Shown here: piece after piece, positions 17,611 to 27,188 of the stretch
Layout: each line of letters opens with the position of its first letter
Position numbering within the stretch: the first letter of the stretch is position 1
NCBI GenBank assembly: GCA_964490105.1
Contig: CAZAZU010000001.1
Location: 370,361-434,360, forward strand
From: an uncultured Gammaproteobacteria bacterium
GTDB lineage: Bacteria; Patescibacteriota; Microgenomatia; Levybacterales; UBA12049
Reading direction: 5' to 3'
DNA: 64,000 bases
Program-made: the position numbers and the translations under genes
Notes under the pieces: generated by a model
The model's input: the letters and a program-made list of their open reading frames with translations, nothing else
The model's database searches: none
What the model was told of the DNA's origin: nothing

Positions 17611-19578
17611 TTACAAGCTTAGTTCGATTTCTTTATCCTGATCCAGTATAAACTTTTGCTTCTGTTTACCATTTACTTTGATTGTATACTCATCCTCAGC
17701 TGTTCCTGGCTGTTTTTGAATCATTACAGGAAGAGGGGAACCCTTCTCCAGCTTAAACGGTAAGGTATATTCAAGAGTAAGTTTTCCAATTCCAAGAGGT
17801 CTAACTGTTAAGAATCCTTCGAAAACTGTTTTTCCAAACTCTTCATAGGTTGTCATTTTTACTTCTGATCCGGAGGAATCTTTAAGCTTAGCGCCTTTAG
17901 GAACGTAAACGCGGAACCAGTTTCTCCATGGAGCATTAAGACAAAGGCTGTTCTCGGCTTCTAGGTTACAGTTAGAAGGCTTATGAGGATTTCTATAGTT
18001 AACAGTAACTTTTTTAGTAATTGCACCATCTCCGCCAACTGTATACTCCTGTAAAACATTCTGGTCTACAAATAAATTAGATTTTGCTCCTCCAAAATTT
18101 GCCTCATTTAAGTGGAAATAATCTCCATCAAAATCTCTGATTTCTCCGGTCGCATTAACAGCAGACAAGCCTTCCATAGCATCTTTATTTTCCAGACTGA
18201 AAAGAATATGCTTCTGGCCAATCTCTGAGAACATAGCCTGCATTAGAGGACCCCAATACTGCTTTGGAGAAGACTGGAATGCCTTATTCATAATGGCAAG
18301 CATTAAGTCTCCGATAATACTTTTCCTGTCCGATCGAATGTATTGAACTCTAATTCCAGCAAATTCTTCCAGCTCATAAATAACCTGCGGGCAATCGCAT
18401 CTTTCGTCAATTTTAGTTGTATAAGTCTGTCCGTTTACTTGAATATCTCCTAAAATTTCCATCGCAGCGACTAGTGCATGGGTATCTATTGCGATAATTC
18501 CATCTACATCCACATATTTATCTGCTTCCCCATAAAGGTCTCTAAATTCCTTCATAGATTCTTGGAAATCCGGAGAAAGATTACTATCGCGAAGATTCAA
18601 AACAGGAACTTTTGGAAGGTATTTTAAGATAGGCTCTGGAGCTTTCTCTTTACCGGAGATCGAATTATCCAAAACATAAATATCCTCCGAGGAATCCACC
18701 TTAATCACACCTTTATTAATTCTAAAAATTGCATAAGCTGTGAGAAATCCTCCAGTCGGACGAAGCTCTTTATCATTCTGGAAAAGAACAAAGTATTTCT
18801 TTTCTTCTTTTTCTCCAAGAAGCTGAGGAAGAACCTTAATAAATGGACTTGCATCTTCTATAAACTTAGTCCCATCATCTGCGAGAGTTCTCATGGTGGC
18901 CATGCCATTTCTAACTTTTCCTCCTGCTATAAACGCGGGATAGTCATTTGGGTTAACATGATCAATTTCTTTCTGTGCAAGATTAAGAGACTTAGCGATA
19001 TCATCAATTCTTGGAGTTACTTTACCCATGGTTTGGACCGCTGTCTCAATTCGCTGCTCTGCACTTCCTCCTACAAAACTTCCCTGACCTTTAAGTCCTA
19101 AAACGTCTGCATAAGGCTCTACAGACTCTACAAAAACATCCGCTGCATCAAGTCCATAAAATCCAGCGTTAACCATATGTCTTGCATCGTTATAGTAAAT
19201 ATTTGGTCCTGGGATAAACCTCATTACCATTAAAAGATTTAACTTCTTCTGGGTATCCTTTAAAGCTTCTCTTGTTTTCTTAAGCTCTTTACCCGTTGCT
19301 TCTATATCCTGCTTCTTAAGCGCATCCACGGTAGCATTAACTTGCGCATAAGTTTTCTTAGCAGAAAGATAAGTTAAAAATCCTGGAATAATAATTAAAA
19401 CAACAAAAAGTATGAAAACCACAAGAAGCCCAATTCCTACTTTTTTATTCTTAACTTTACCAAGCTTTGAAAACCTCGACTTCGATTCTAGACGCGAAGT
19501 TTGGGGTTTTGTTTCTGGGTTGGGAGTTGTTTTTACGGGTAAATCAGAGCTTAATTCAATCTTTTCAAATCCATCCAT
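17611..19578 (-). CDS. DUF4012-like membrane-anchored protein (extracytoplasmic, glycan-locus associated)
   Basis: After an N-terminal TM comes a large ectodomain with the YFVLFQNDKELRPTGGFLTAYAIF motif I associate with DUF4012. That family is commonly found beside polysaccharide loci in CPR and Actinobacteria. Confidence 0.5.
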   Translation of the reverse strand: MDGFEKIELSSDLPVKTTPNPETKPQTSRLESKSRFSKLGKVKNKKVGIGLLVVFILFVVLIIIPGFLTYLSAKKTYAQVNATVDALKKQDIEATGKELKKTREALKDTQKKLNLLMVMRFIPGPNIYYNDARHMVNAGFYGLDAADVFVESVEPYADVLGLKGQGSFVGGSAEQRIETAVQTMGKVTPRIDDIAKSLNLAQKEIDHVNPNDYPAFIAGGKVRNGMATMRTLADDGTKFIEDASPFIKVLPQLLGEKEEKKYFVLFQNDKELRPTGGFLTAYAIFRINKGVIKVDSSEDIYVLDNSISGKEKAPEPILKYLPKVPVLNLRDSNLSPDFQESMKEFRDLYGEADKYVDVDGIIAIDTHALVAAMEILGDIQVNGQTYTTKIDERCDCPQVIYELEEFAGIRVQYIRSDRKSIIGDLMLAIMNKAFQSSPKQYWGPLMQAMFSEIGQKHILFSLENKDAMEGLSAVNATGEIRDFDGDYFHLNEANFGGAKSNLFVDQNVLQEYTVGGDGAITKKVTVNYRNPHKPSNCNLEAENSLCLNAPWRNWFRVYVPKGAKLKDSSGSEVKMTTYEEFGKTVFEGFLTVRPLGIGKLTLEYTLPFKLEKGSPLPVMIQKQPGTAEDEYTIKVNGKQKQKFILDQDKEIELSL

Positions 19579-19584
19579 TAATAT

Positions 19585-19621
19585 ATGATACTAGGTCAGA
19601 AACTACCATGTCAAATTGACA
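19585..19621 (-). promoter_or_regulatory. Sigma70-like promoter with palindromic element upstream of the DUF4012 gene
   Basis: Minus strand: TTGACA (19609-19614) lies inside the perfect palindrome TGTCAAATTGACA (19609-19621). After an 18-nt spacer comes TATCAT (19585-19590), then only 6 nt to the ATG, which implies a leaderless or near-leaderless mRNA. Confidence 0.4.
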
Positions 19622-19663
19622 AAATGTGATATGAGCGTATGGAATATATAAAATAGGACGAGG

Positions 19664-20329
19664 CTAGAGGGCGCCTTTTCCTGAAATCATTGCGCCGGGA
19701 GTTTTTGAGATTATTGATAAATCATAAAGAACAGATCTTTTCTTAACATACTCAGCATCCATTTTTATTCTCTTATCAAAGTTTATTTCCGATCGGCCAG
19801 ATACCTGCCAGTATCCAGTAACGCCGGGACGCACTGAAAGTACAATTTTTACAGATTCGCGAGTTTCCGGATATCTCATTTGTTGATCTCTAAGCTCATC
19901 CGGATAGTAGGCTCGAGGCCCTACAAGACTCATGTCTCCTTTTAGAATATTAAAAAACTGCGGTACTTCATCTAAAGAATGTTTCCTGATGAAATGCCCG
20001 ACGTTAGTAATTCTCGGATCGTCTTTTAATTTATAACTTCCTTTTTTGTAATCTCTGTATAGCTCGGCAAATTTAGGATTTTCGCGCAATAGTTCATGCG
20101 CATTTTCAATCATGGAGCGGAACTTATACATCTTAAAAAGTTTTCCATTTTTTCCAACCCTCTCAGGAGTATCTGCGAGAATTGGTCCCTTTGAATCAAG
20201 CTTAATTGCGATTGCTACGATGATAATTATTGGAGAAAAAATAACTATAAGGATTAACGAAAAAACTATATCAATAAGTCTTTTAAGAATCTCATAAATA
20301 ACACTTTTTCTGACTTCAATAATAGGCAT
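19664..20329 (-). CDS. Monotopic phosphoglycosyl transferase (bacterial sugar transferase, PglC/WbaP C-terminal-domain type); initiating enzyme on undecaprenyl phosphate
   Basis: A single N-terminal re-entrant helix is followed by GPILADTPERVGKNGKLFKMYKFRSM and DELPQFFNILKGDMSLVGPR, which are Bac_transf signatures. Confidence 0.85.
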   Translation of the reverse strand: MPIIEVRKSVIYEILKRLIDIVFSLILIVIFSPIIIIVAIAIKLDSKGPILADTPERVGKNGKLFKMYKFRSMIENAHELLRENPKFAELYRDYKKGSYKLKDDPRITNVGHFIRKHSLDEVPQFFNILKGDMSLVGPRAYYPDELRDQQMRYPETRESVKIVLSVRPGVTGYWQVSGRSEINFDKRIKMDAEYVKKRSVLYDLSIISKTPGAMISGKGAL

Positions 20330-20330
20330 A

Positions 20331-21404
20331 TTAAGTAAGGTGCTCGTGAGGAGTTCCTGCTAGACTCTCAACTAATTTTTTAATTTTCGGAACTGATGAT
20401 TTAGGACAGACCAATACAACATCCTCTGTATTTATTACCAGCATTTCAGAAAGATCGATTCCGACCGTAAGCTGATTCGTGTAGTTAAAAACAAGACTGT
20501 CTCTTGAATCCTCAACCATAACTTTTCCTTTTGTAACGTTCTCGTCAGCTTCTTCACTAAGCGCCTCTTTGAGGGCTTCCCATGCGCCGATATCACTCCA
20601 TCCAATATCAACTGAGATTACAGAAATCTTACTCGTTGTAAATTTCTCAAGTATTGCATCATCAAAACTAATTTTTTCTAAAGTTGGATAGACTTCACTC
20701 AATGTTTTATCAAAGTCCTGAGAGTTAATTATCTTCATTAAATCTTCATACATTTGAGGAGCAAATCTTTCAAATTTTTCAATTAAATATGCAGGTGTTG
20801 TGACAAAATATCCTAAATTCCAGACATAATGTGAGTCTTGGAAAAAATCTTCAGCTTGAGATAATTTAGGACGATATTTGAGTTTTTTAAATTCTAACGA
20901 GCGAAGACCATCTTCTTCCCATAATTCATCTCCACAATAAATCCATCCCACATTCTGATTTGCAAATCTTGGTTTCTGACCAATAAATACGAAGTCTGAT
21001 TTACCATCCTTTATTGATTTTTCAGCCATACGAAGAGCTTTTTGAAAAATCTTTATCTCCTTAACCATGTGATCGCTCCAGATAATAGCCATTGGCTCGT
21101 TAGGAAATTTTTTATTAATAATTGCAGTAGTTAGTCCAATTGCAGGCCCTACATCGCGCATTTCAGGCTCGAATATAAAATTCTCCTGGGGTATATCTGG
21201 AAGCTGATCTATCACTATATCTTTGTACCTTTTTCCGGTTGCAACATAAATATCAGAAGGCGCAAACTCCGGCTGAAGTCTGGCAACAGCTTCTTGAAGC
21301 GTTGATTTGTCACCAATTAATTTTCCGAATTGTTTTGGAGTATTTTTCCTCGACAGAGGCCAAAGTCTTGTTCCCACTCCTCCTGCAAAAATAACTACCT
21401 TCAT
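20331..21404 (-). CDS. manC: Mannose-1-phosphate guanylyltransferase (ManC/GMP-type nucleotidyltransferase)
   Basis: The N-terminal MKVVIFAGGVGTRLWPLSRKNTPKQF motif (GGxGTRLxPLS) is characteristic. At 357 aa it has no cupin/PMI domain. Confidence 0.72.
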   Translation of the reverse strand: MKVVIFAGGVGTRLWPLSRKNTPKQFGKLIGDKSTLQEAVARLQPEFAPSDIYVATGKRYKDIVIDQLPDIPQENFIFEPEMRDVGPAIGLTTAIINKKFPNEPMAIIWSDHMVKEIKIFQKALRMAEKSIKDGKSDFVFIGQKPRFANQNVGWIYCGDELWEEDGLRSLEFKKLKYRPKLSQAEDFFQDSHYVWNLGYFVTTPAYLIEKFERFAPQMYEDLMKIINSQDFDKTLSEVYPTLEKISFDDAILEKFTTSKISVISVDIGWSDIGAWEALKEALSEEADENVTKGKVMVEDSRDSLVFNYTNQLTVGIDLSEMLVINTEDVVLVCPKSSVPKIKKLVESLAGTPHEHLT

Positions 21405-21518
21405 CCCGTTTAGAAGCAGATCGCGATCTACTTATCTTTCCTTTCTTTATTATATTTATTTAATTTCATAAGTTGTTTTCATTGCTAGAAACCTGATGCG
21501 ATCGCGGCTTCTAACGGG
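21405..21518. repeat. Imperfect inverted repeat with GC-rich 24-nt arms and ~66-nt AT-rich loop, spanning the GT4-manC intergenic region
   Basis: The arms are cccgtttagaagcagatcgcgatc (21405-21428) and gatgcgatcgcggcttctaacggg (21495-21518). About 18-20 of 24 positions can pair, with a 1-nt bulge and a small internal loop. One arm abuts the manC ATG (21402-21404); the other lies 2 nt from the GT4 stop. Confidence 0.7.
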
Positions 21519-21520
21519 AT

Positions 21521-22606
21521 TCATAAATTTGTTTTGTTTTCTAGAAATTTCTCTAGATTTTTTTTGAAATTCTCATACGAGAATCTCTCAGAATTTCCTA
21601 TTATATCAGCCTTATTATATAGTCTTTCATCAAATCTTTCCAATACTTTATTTAATGACTCAGGGCTTTGTTCTAGGAAAAACTCTCCCGTCACTCCTTT
21701 TAATACTATATCCAAAGCTCCTCCGCTTTTAAATGCAATAACTGGTTTTCCAAATAATTGCGCTTCTGCCATTACCAGTCCGAAATCTTCATTTCCTGGA
21801 AAAATTAAAGCTTTGCAATTTTCATAGTAATACCTAAGCTTCTCGTCTGTCAATTCTCCAAGAAATTGTATGTTCTTATTTGCTTGTTTTTTAAGAGAAA
21901 CCATCATGGGTCCTCCTCCCACAATCTTAAGGGGTAATCCATTCTGGTTAAATGCCGCAACTGCTAAGTCCACTCTTTTATAGTTGCTAAATCGAGACAT
22001 TCTGGATACCAAAAGAAAATAATCATTTTTTCTTTTTTTAATTTTTCTTGGCCTTTCTAACATTAAAGGAGGAAAAATTATTTCACTATCCCTATCGTAA
22101 TATTTTTTAATTCTGCTTTTTACTTCAGTTGAAATCGCAATCATATGATCAGGTCTTTTCGAAGCGACGAGATCCCAATTCCTTAAGTACCTTACGGTTC
22201 CCTTGGATAAGAACTTAAAAAGTGGGCTTTTAAAGTATTCATCATATCCACTCCATAGATATCTAGTGGGAGTTAAGCAGTAGCAAATATGCATTGTTCC
22301 CGGGTTTGTAATTATTCCTTTGGCTGCCTCACTTGTTACTGAAATTACTAAATCGTAATCATCAAAGGAAAAATTTTCAAAAGCGACCGGCATAAAAATC
22401 GCCAAAAGCTCATTATATTTTCGGAGCTTTGATGCGCTCTGAAGAAATGAAGTTTTAATTTCAAAGTCATTTGCCCAAGAGCTTCCTTCAAAACTCCGGA
22501 CTGAAGTAAATAAAGGTGCGTCTGGAAATATCCTATGCAGTGCTAAAAGTACCCTTTCTGCCCCACCCCATTTATTTACCCTGTCATAAACCAAGGCTAC
22601 TTTCAT
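21521..22606 (-). CDS. Glycosyltransferase family 4 (GT-B, retaining)
   Basis: The C-terminal Glycos_transf_1 pattern (FPGNEDFGLVMAEAQLFGKPVIAFKSGGALDIV) and EX7E-like motif are present. Confidence 0.8.
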   Translation of the reverse strand: MKVALVYDRVNKWGGAERVLLALHRIFPDAPLFTSVRSFEGSSWANDFEIKTSFLQSASKLRKYNELLAIFMPVAFENFSFDDYDLVISVTSEAAKGIITNPGTMHICYCLTPTRYLWSGYDEYFKSPLFKFLSKGTVRYLRNWDLVASKRPDHMIAISTEVKSRIKKYYDRDSEIIFPPLMLERPRKIKKRKNDYFLLVSRMSRFSNYKRVDLAVAAFNQNGLPLKIVGGGPMMVSLKKQANKNIQFLGELTDEKLRYYYENCKALIFPGNEDFGLVMAEAQLFGKPVIAFKSGGALDIVLKGVTGEFFLEQSPESLNKVLERFDERLYNKADIIGNSERFSYENFKKNLEKFLENKTNL

Positions 22607-23693
22607 ACAATTTATGTGTTTCCTGGGCAGTTTTTTTCCACGAATATTTATTTGCCTGCGCTATACCTTTTTTAACTAACTTTTCTTTTTCCTGGGAACT
22701 TAAACTTAGAACGTATTTCATTTTGGAAAGTATATCATCACTTCTATAATGATCAAAGTAGATAATTGAATCTCCAAATATTTCGTGGTGTACGGGTATA
22801 TCCGATGCCAAGACAAGGCAATTATTTTCTAATGCTTCTAAAGGAGGCAGGCTAAATCCCTCCATAAGACTTGGCCTGACTAGAGCAATGGCTCCTTTAT
22901 AAAGCTCTGACAATTTTTCATCATTTACATTCTCAAGAAAGTGTACGCTTCCTGTCTTAAAATTTTTCTTGACATGATCTTTTAATTTTTTATATAGAAA
23001 ATCGTTGCTTCCTACAAAAACTAAATTAAGCGATGAATCCTCCTTATGCAGTTTCCTAAAAGATTCAAGCAATAATCCTACATTTTTATGCGCAAATACA
23101 TTTCCCACATAAAGAAAATAATTTTTTATACCTTCTTCTTTCCCTGCTGAACTTCTTAAATCATCTGCAGCTTCATAAATAACTTCAATTTTCGATTTGT
23201 CTGTTTTCAAAGTATCCATAATATCTTTTTTTGTAAAGTCAGATACTGCGATAATTTTTTTCGAAATTCTGGCTGCATTTGTGACAACAATTCTGTAGGC
23301 AATCACTTTAAATCCCAAAAGCCATAGGGGAAGAGTAGAAGATGCGCCACTTACATAGTGGTGGAAAATTAAATCATGAATTGTAACTATATATGGACGC
23401 CTGTAAAAAACCGGGATACTAAAATAAGGAAAATGCATTAGATCTAATTTTTCTTTTTTTATAACACGTGGGAAAAATACTTGTTCTCTTATTGAGTGCC
23501 ATCTATATTCTGCATTCACTATTTTCCAATTTTTATTTTTTATTTTTTCTTCTATTTCTTTTCTGTCTTTTTTTTGAACAAACAAAACATATGAATTATT
23601 TTCATCAATTTCAGACAAATTAAAACAAAGATTTCGTATGTATCTTCCTACCCCGGTCTGCCCCCAAAGCCTTACATCAATTCCAATCTTCAT
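22584..23693 (-). CDS. Glycosyltransferase family 4
   Basis: The N-terminal MKIGIDVRLW...GVGRY (Glyco_transf_4) is followed by a C-terminal GT1 domain. Confidence 0.8.
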   Translation of the reverse strand: MKIGIDVRLWGQTGVGRYIRNLCFNLSEIDENNSYVLFVQKKDRKEIEEKIKNKNWKIVNAEYRWHSIREQVFFPRVIKKEKLDLMHFPYFSIPVFYRRPYIVTIHDLIFHHYVSGASSTLPLWLLGFKVIAYRIVVTNAARISKKIIAVSDFTKKDIMDTLKTDKSKIEVIYEAADDLRSSAGKEEGIKNYFLYVGNVFAHKNVGLLLESFRKLHKEDSSLNLVFVGSNDFLYKKLKDHVKKNFKTGSVHFLENVNDEKLSELYKGAIALVRPSLMEGFSLPPLEALENNCLVLASDIPVHHEIFGDSIIYFDHYRSDDILSKMKYVLSLSSQEKEKLVKKGIAQANKYSWKKTAQETHKLYESSLGL

Positions 23694-24562
23694 ACAATGT
23701 TTTTTCTTTTTGCTAAAAATAGTTTTAAGTCAACTCCAAAATACACTAACCAATTTATGAAAAAGGGATAATTTTTAGAATAATGTTTTTTATAGAAAAT
23801 TTTCATTGTTGAATAAAAATATTCTAAGGACTTACTTCTTGTAGTTTTATTTGCACCTGATTTTTCCTGACTATGTTTTTTTATGCCAGAAGAAACTCCT
23901 TTTACATGCATGATTTTTACTTCAGGAACATACATTACTTTAAATCCGGCTTTTTTTACTCTGAAACATAAGTCAATGTCCTCACCATATAGAAAATATT
24001 CTTCATCAAAATACCCGATCTTTTCTAATACTGATTTTCTAATAAACATGAAAGCTCCCACTACTGAATCTACTTCATGGGTTTTTGTCATATCCCTATC
24101 TGTTAAGTGATAGAGCTTGTCATTCTTAAAAAAGAAGTACAGAAATGATGCAAGGAGAGTTGGAAAACCCCTGTGAGAAGCGGCATCAATTGAGCCATCA
24201 GTTTTTTCAACCTTGGACGACGCAATTCCAACTTCTTTATTTTTTTCCATAAAATCATAAATATATGAAAGTGTACCACTCGGAACTTCGGTATCAGGAT
24301 TTAATGTCAAAATATATTGCGATTCTGATTTTCTTAATACTAAATTATGCGCTTTACCAAAACCTAAATTATCTTTATTAATTATGAAATTAAATTCTGG
24401 AAATTTATTTTTTGCTTTTTCTGCACTTCCATCAGATGAAGCATTATCCACAACATAAACTTCAAAATCAATTTCTTGTTTTACTTTTCTTAAACTTTCC
24501 AAACAGCTTATTAGATACTCACCCGCATTATAATTAACAATTGAAATTGTAAGTTTTTTCAT
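23690..24562 (-). CDS. Glycosyltransferase family 2 (GT-A)
   Basis: ISIVNYNAGEYLISCLESL...VVDNASSDGS and a downstream DxD region identify GT2. Confidence 0.8.
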   Translation of the reverse strand: MKKLTISIVNYNAGEYLISCLESLRKVKQEIDFEVYVVDNASSDGSAEKAKNKFPEFNFIINKDNLGFGKAHNLVLRKSESQYILTLNPDTEVPSGTLSYIYDFMEKNKEVGIASSKVEKTDGSIDAASHRGFPTLLASFLYFFFKNDKLYHLTDRDMTKTHEVDSVVGAFMFIRKSVLEKIGYFDEEYFLYGEDIDLCFRVKKAGFKVMYVPEVKIMHVKGVSSGIKKHSQEKSGANKTTRSKSLEYFYSTMKIFYKKHYSKNYPFFINWLVYFGVDLKLFLAKRKNIV

Positions 24563-25728
24563 TAATTTAAGCTTTCATAAACTCTATCAAGTTTTTCAGA
24601 AATATTTTTCCAATCAAAGTTTTTTTCTATAAACTTTCTTCCGTTTCTGGAAATCTTTTCATATAAATAATCATCAGTTAAAAGTAATGAAGTTTTGTTT
24701 GAAAACTCCTCAGGCTTATCGCTAATTATTATCTCCTCATTTTCAGTCGCATTAATCCCCTCATTTCCAAGCTTTGTAGTCACTACTGGAGTACCGCACG
24801 ACATAGATTCTAAAATTTTAAAATTAGTTCCTCCTCCTACCCTAATTGGACTAAGTAAAATATCGGCTTCTTGAAAAATTTTTTCAGTTTCGTTAGAAGC
24901 ATTTTCGTCAAAAACAATTGAACCATCTTTAAGACTTTTAATAGATTCTGGAATCTTCTTTCCAACTACCCAAAGAACTGCATTAGGATTATTTTTTACA
25001 ACCTTTGGCCAAATATTTTTTATAATATAAACTATTGAATCTTTATTTTGAATCCATTTAAAATCTCCGATAAATAAAACTTTTTTATTTTCTTTGTCTT
25101 TAATTATTTTTTTCATTTTAAATTTATCTACATCAACTCCGTTTGGTATTACATCAACTTTTCTTCCCATTAAAGAGGCTTCAATTTCAGAGACAGCGAT
25201 AAGTCTTGTGGCTTTTTTCCAGCATACTCTCTCTGCTCTCTTTAGCTTCATTATATCCAGATATAAAAGCGGGCGCCCGAAAATTAAACTTTTCTTAACA
25301 AATTTTTCATAAACCTCATACTCTATATTATGCTCTGCTAAAACTACAGGTAAATCTGTCTTAGGCAAATTTTGCATTACATAAAAAGTCTCTACGTGAA
25401 TAAGATCAAATTCTTCCTCACTTATCAGTTTTGAAATTATTTTTTTCATTTCTAGACTCTTATGTCCAGTTATAAGGAACGGGTCTAAGGAAAAACCGGT
25501 TTTAAGTATATTTCTTGCACTCCACTGTTTTTTTCGCTCAACTGTATAAACTTTTTCACAAATCTTACCTACTTCATCAATATCTTTTTGAGATTGTGTA
25601 TCTCTTTTCTCGCAAACTAAAGTTATCGAATGTTTTTCGGACAGATTTTTTATTAAATTATAAAGCCGGATTTGACCGCCGGAAAAAAGAGGAAAAGGCA
25701 GATATGACGAAACAATTAATATTTTCAT
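24562..25728 (-). CDS. Glycosyltransferase family 4
   Basis: C-terminal ESMSCGTPVVTTKLGNEGI on a GT-B two-domain layout. Confidence 0.75.
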   Translation of the reverse strand: MKILIVSSYLPFPLFSGGQIRLYNLIKNLSEKHSITLVCEKRDTQSQKDIDEVGKICEKVYTVERKKQWSARNILKTGFSLDPFLITGHKSLEMKKIISKLISEEEFDLIHVETFYVMQNLPKTDLPVVLAEHNIEYEVYEKFVKKSLIFGRPLLYLDIMKLKRAERVCWKKATRLIAVSEIEASLMGRKVDVIPNGVDVDKFKMKKIIKDKENKKVLFIGDFKWIQNKDSIVYIIKNIWPKVVKNNPNAVLWVVGKKIPESIKSLKDGSIVFDENASNETEKIFQEADILLSPIRVGGGTNFKILESMSCGTPVVTTKLGNEGINATENEEIIISDKPEEFSNKTSLLLTDDYLYEKISRNGRKFIEKNFDWKNISEKLDRVYESLN

Positions 25729-27176
25729 GGGCTTTTTCTTAAATCAAAAATTATATATTCAGAAGTTTCTTCTAAAACTACATAGTCCTTTTTAAAATAA
25801 TCGTCTGCAGGTTTTGGATTTGCAATCACTAGATAATCAGCTCCCAAATCTTTAACCATTATATTTAAATCATCCTGATAACTAGACCAGCCTTTTCTTT
25901 TTGTTTGGTATAAAAATGATGTATCACCTTCATAATTTGCTATAACTAAACTATCCTTAGGCGTTAACTTATCAACTGCATTACCCGCTGTAATAATTGC
26001 TCGATTATTTATATTAAAATAATCTCTTACCTGATACCAGCTAAACATAAATGCAAAACCTAAAACTCCTATAAAAACTGTTGGGGCCAGATATTTGTTC
26101 GCCAAATTTTTTCCGAGTGTTAATAAAAAGTCTCCTCCAAGTCCAGCAAAAATACATAGAGTTGGAAGAATAAGAATTTGATAATAATCGTGCTGGATGT
26201 TTCCCCTAGCGATTACAGTTACATATAGAATTGAAGAAACAAGAAATGAATAAAAGAATAAATAACTGGTTTTTGTTTTTGCAACTAAACCAAGCACTAC
26301 CAAGAATACACCCCAATATCCCAAGATTAGTTTTGAAATTCTTTCAGCAAATATCCAATTAAAAAAGGCTCCCTTAAAGCGCATTCCGCCTTCATTAAAA
26401 AGCCAATTAGAACTAGGAATTCCTTCCGGGAATTGTGTCATCCATTGCCTCCAGCCAATCATTGGAAAAAGAGAAGCTGTACCAAACACCCAGAGATAAG
26501 GATTTAGAAACATTTTTAATCCAAACGCTTGATATGCTAAATAAATCATCGGTAGTGTAAAAAAAGCTGCAAAAGGTTTTAGTAAAAATGATACTCCTGT
26601 AAATAAGATTGATAAAGAATAAAATATTATTTTTTTATATTTCATTTTTTCCGACAGCCATAAATCGAAAAAATAAATCCCTGCAAGAATTGTCGCTGCG
26701 GTTGAAGTATCCGGCAAAATAGTTCTACCGTAATAAATACTGAATGGAAGAGCTGCAAAAACAAAAGCTCCAATAAGCCCCGCTCTTTCATTTTGGTGTT
26801 TTTTAAGAATTAAATATATTAAGAGAACTGTTAAAAGAGAAGCAAAAATAGTAATCAATCTTCCCCATTGCTCTAATGATAAAACAGGAAGCAACTTATA
26901 AAATCCTCCTTGGAACAAATTATAAATTGGAAATTCTACAAACCTGTATCCTTCTGGGTTATTTAGGCCAGATGGAACATTGGATAGATCGTGGTATTTA
27001 GGACGAAGTAAATTAAATCCATCTTGGACAAAAATTCTTGAGACTGATGACGTATCTGCCTGCCTCCAGGAATGCCAATCAGCAATCGGGCTATTAAATC
27101 TATAAAGTCTTAAGACAAACCCCAGAATAAGTATACCTACAAGAAGCCCCAGATGAATTCTTTTCATTAAGTTCAT
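25725..27176 (-). CDS. Polytopic membrane protein, GT-C-like (ArnT/PMT_2-like lipid-linked-sugar-dependent glycosyltransferase)
   Basis: More than 10 predicted TM helices. An acidic first-loop motif (ADWHSWRQAD) follows TM1. The size and topology match GT-C enzymes. Confidence 0.5.
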   Translation of the reverse strand: MNLMKRIHLGLLVGILILGFVLRLYRFNSPIADWHSWRQADTSSVSRIFVQDGFNLLRPKYHDLSNVPSGLNNPEGYRFVEFPIYNLFQGGFYKLLPVLSLEQWGRLITIFASLLTVLLIYLILKKHQNERAGLIGAFVFAALPFSIYYGRTILPDTSTAATILAGIYFFDLWLSEKMKYKKIIFYSLSILFTGVSFLLKPFAAFFTLPMIYLAYQAFGLKMFLNPYLWVFGTASLFPMIGWRQWMTQFPEGIPSSNWLFNEGGMRFKGAFFNWIFAERISKLILGYWGVFLVVLGLVAKTKTSYLFFYSFLVSSILYVTVIARGNIQHDYYQILILPTLCIFAGLGGDFLLTLGKNLANKYLAPTVFIGVLGFAFMFSWYQVRDYFNINNRAIITAGNAVDKLTPKDSLVIANYEGDTSFLYQTKRKGWSSYQDDLNIMVKDLGADYLVIANPKPADDYFKKDYVVLEETSEYIIFDLRKSP

Positions 27177-27188
27177 TTTAATTTATCC

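Noticed and set aside
21421-21508. GCGATCGC / GATCGCGATC palindromes resembling cyanobacterial HIP1
   Set aside because: There are only two copies, both inside the inverted-repeat arms. This is not a genome-wide iterated palindrome here and is better explained as part of the stem.
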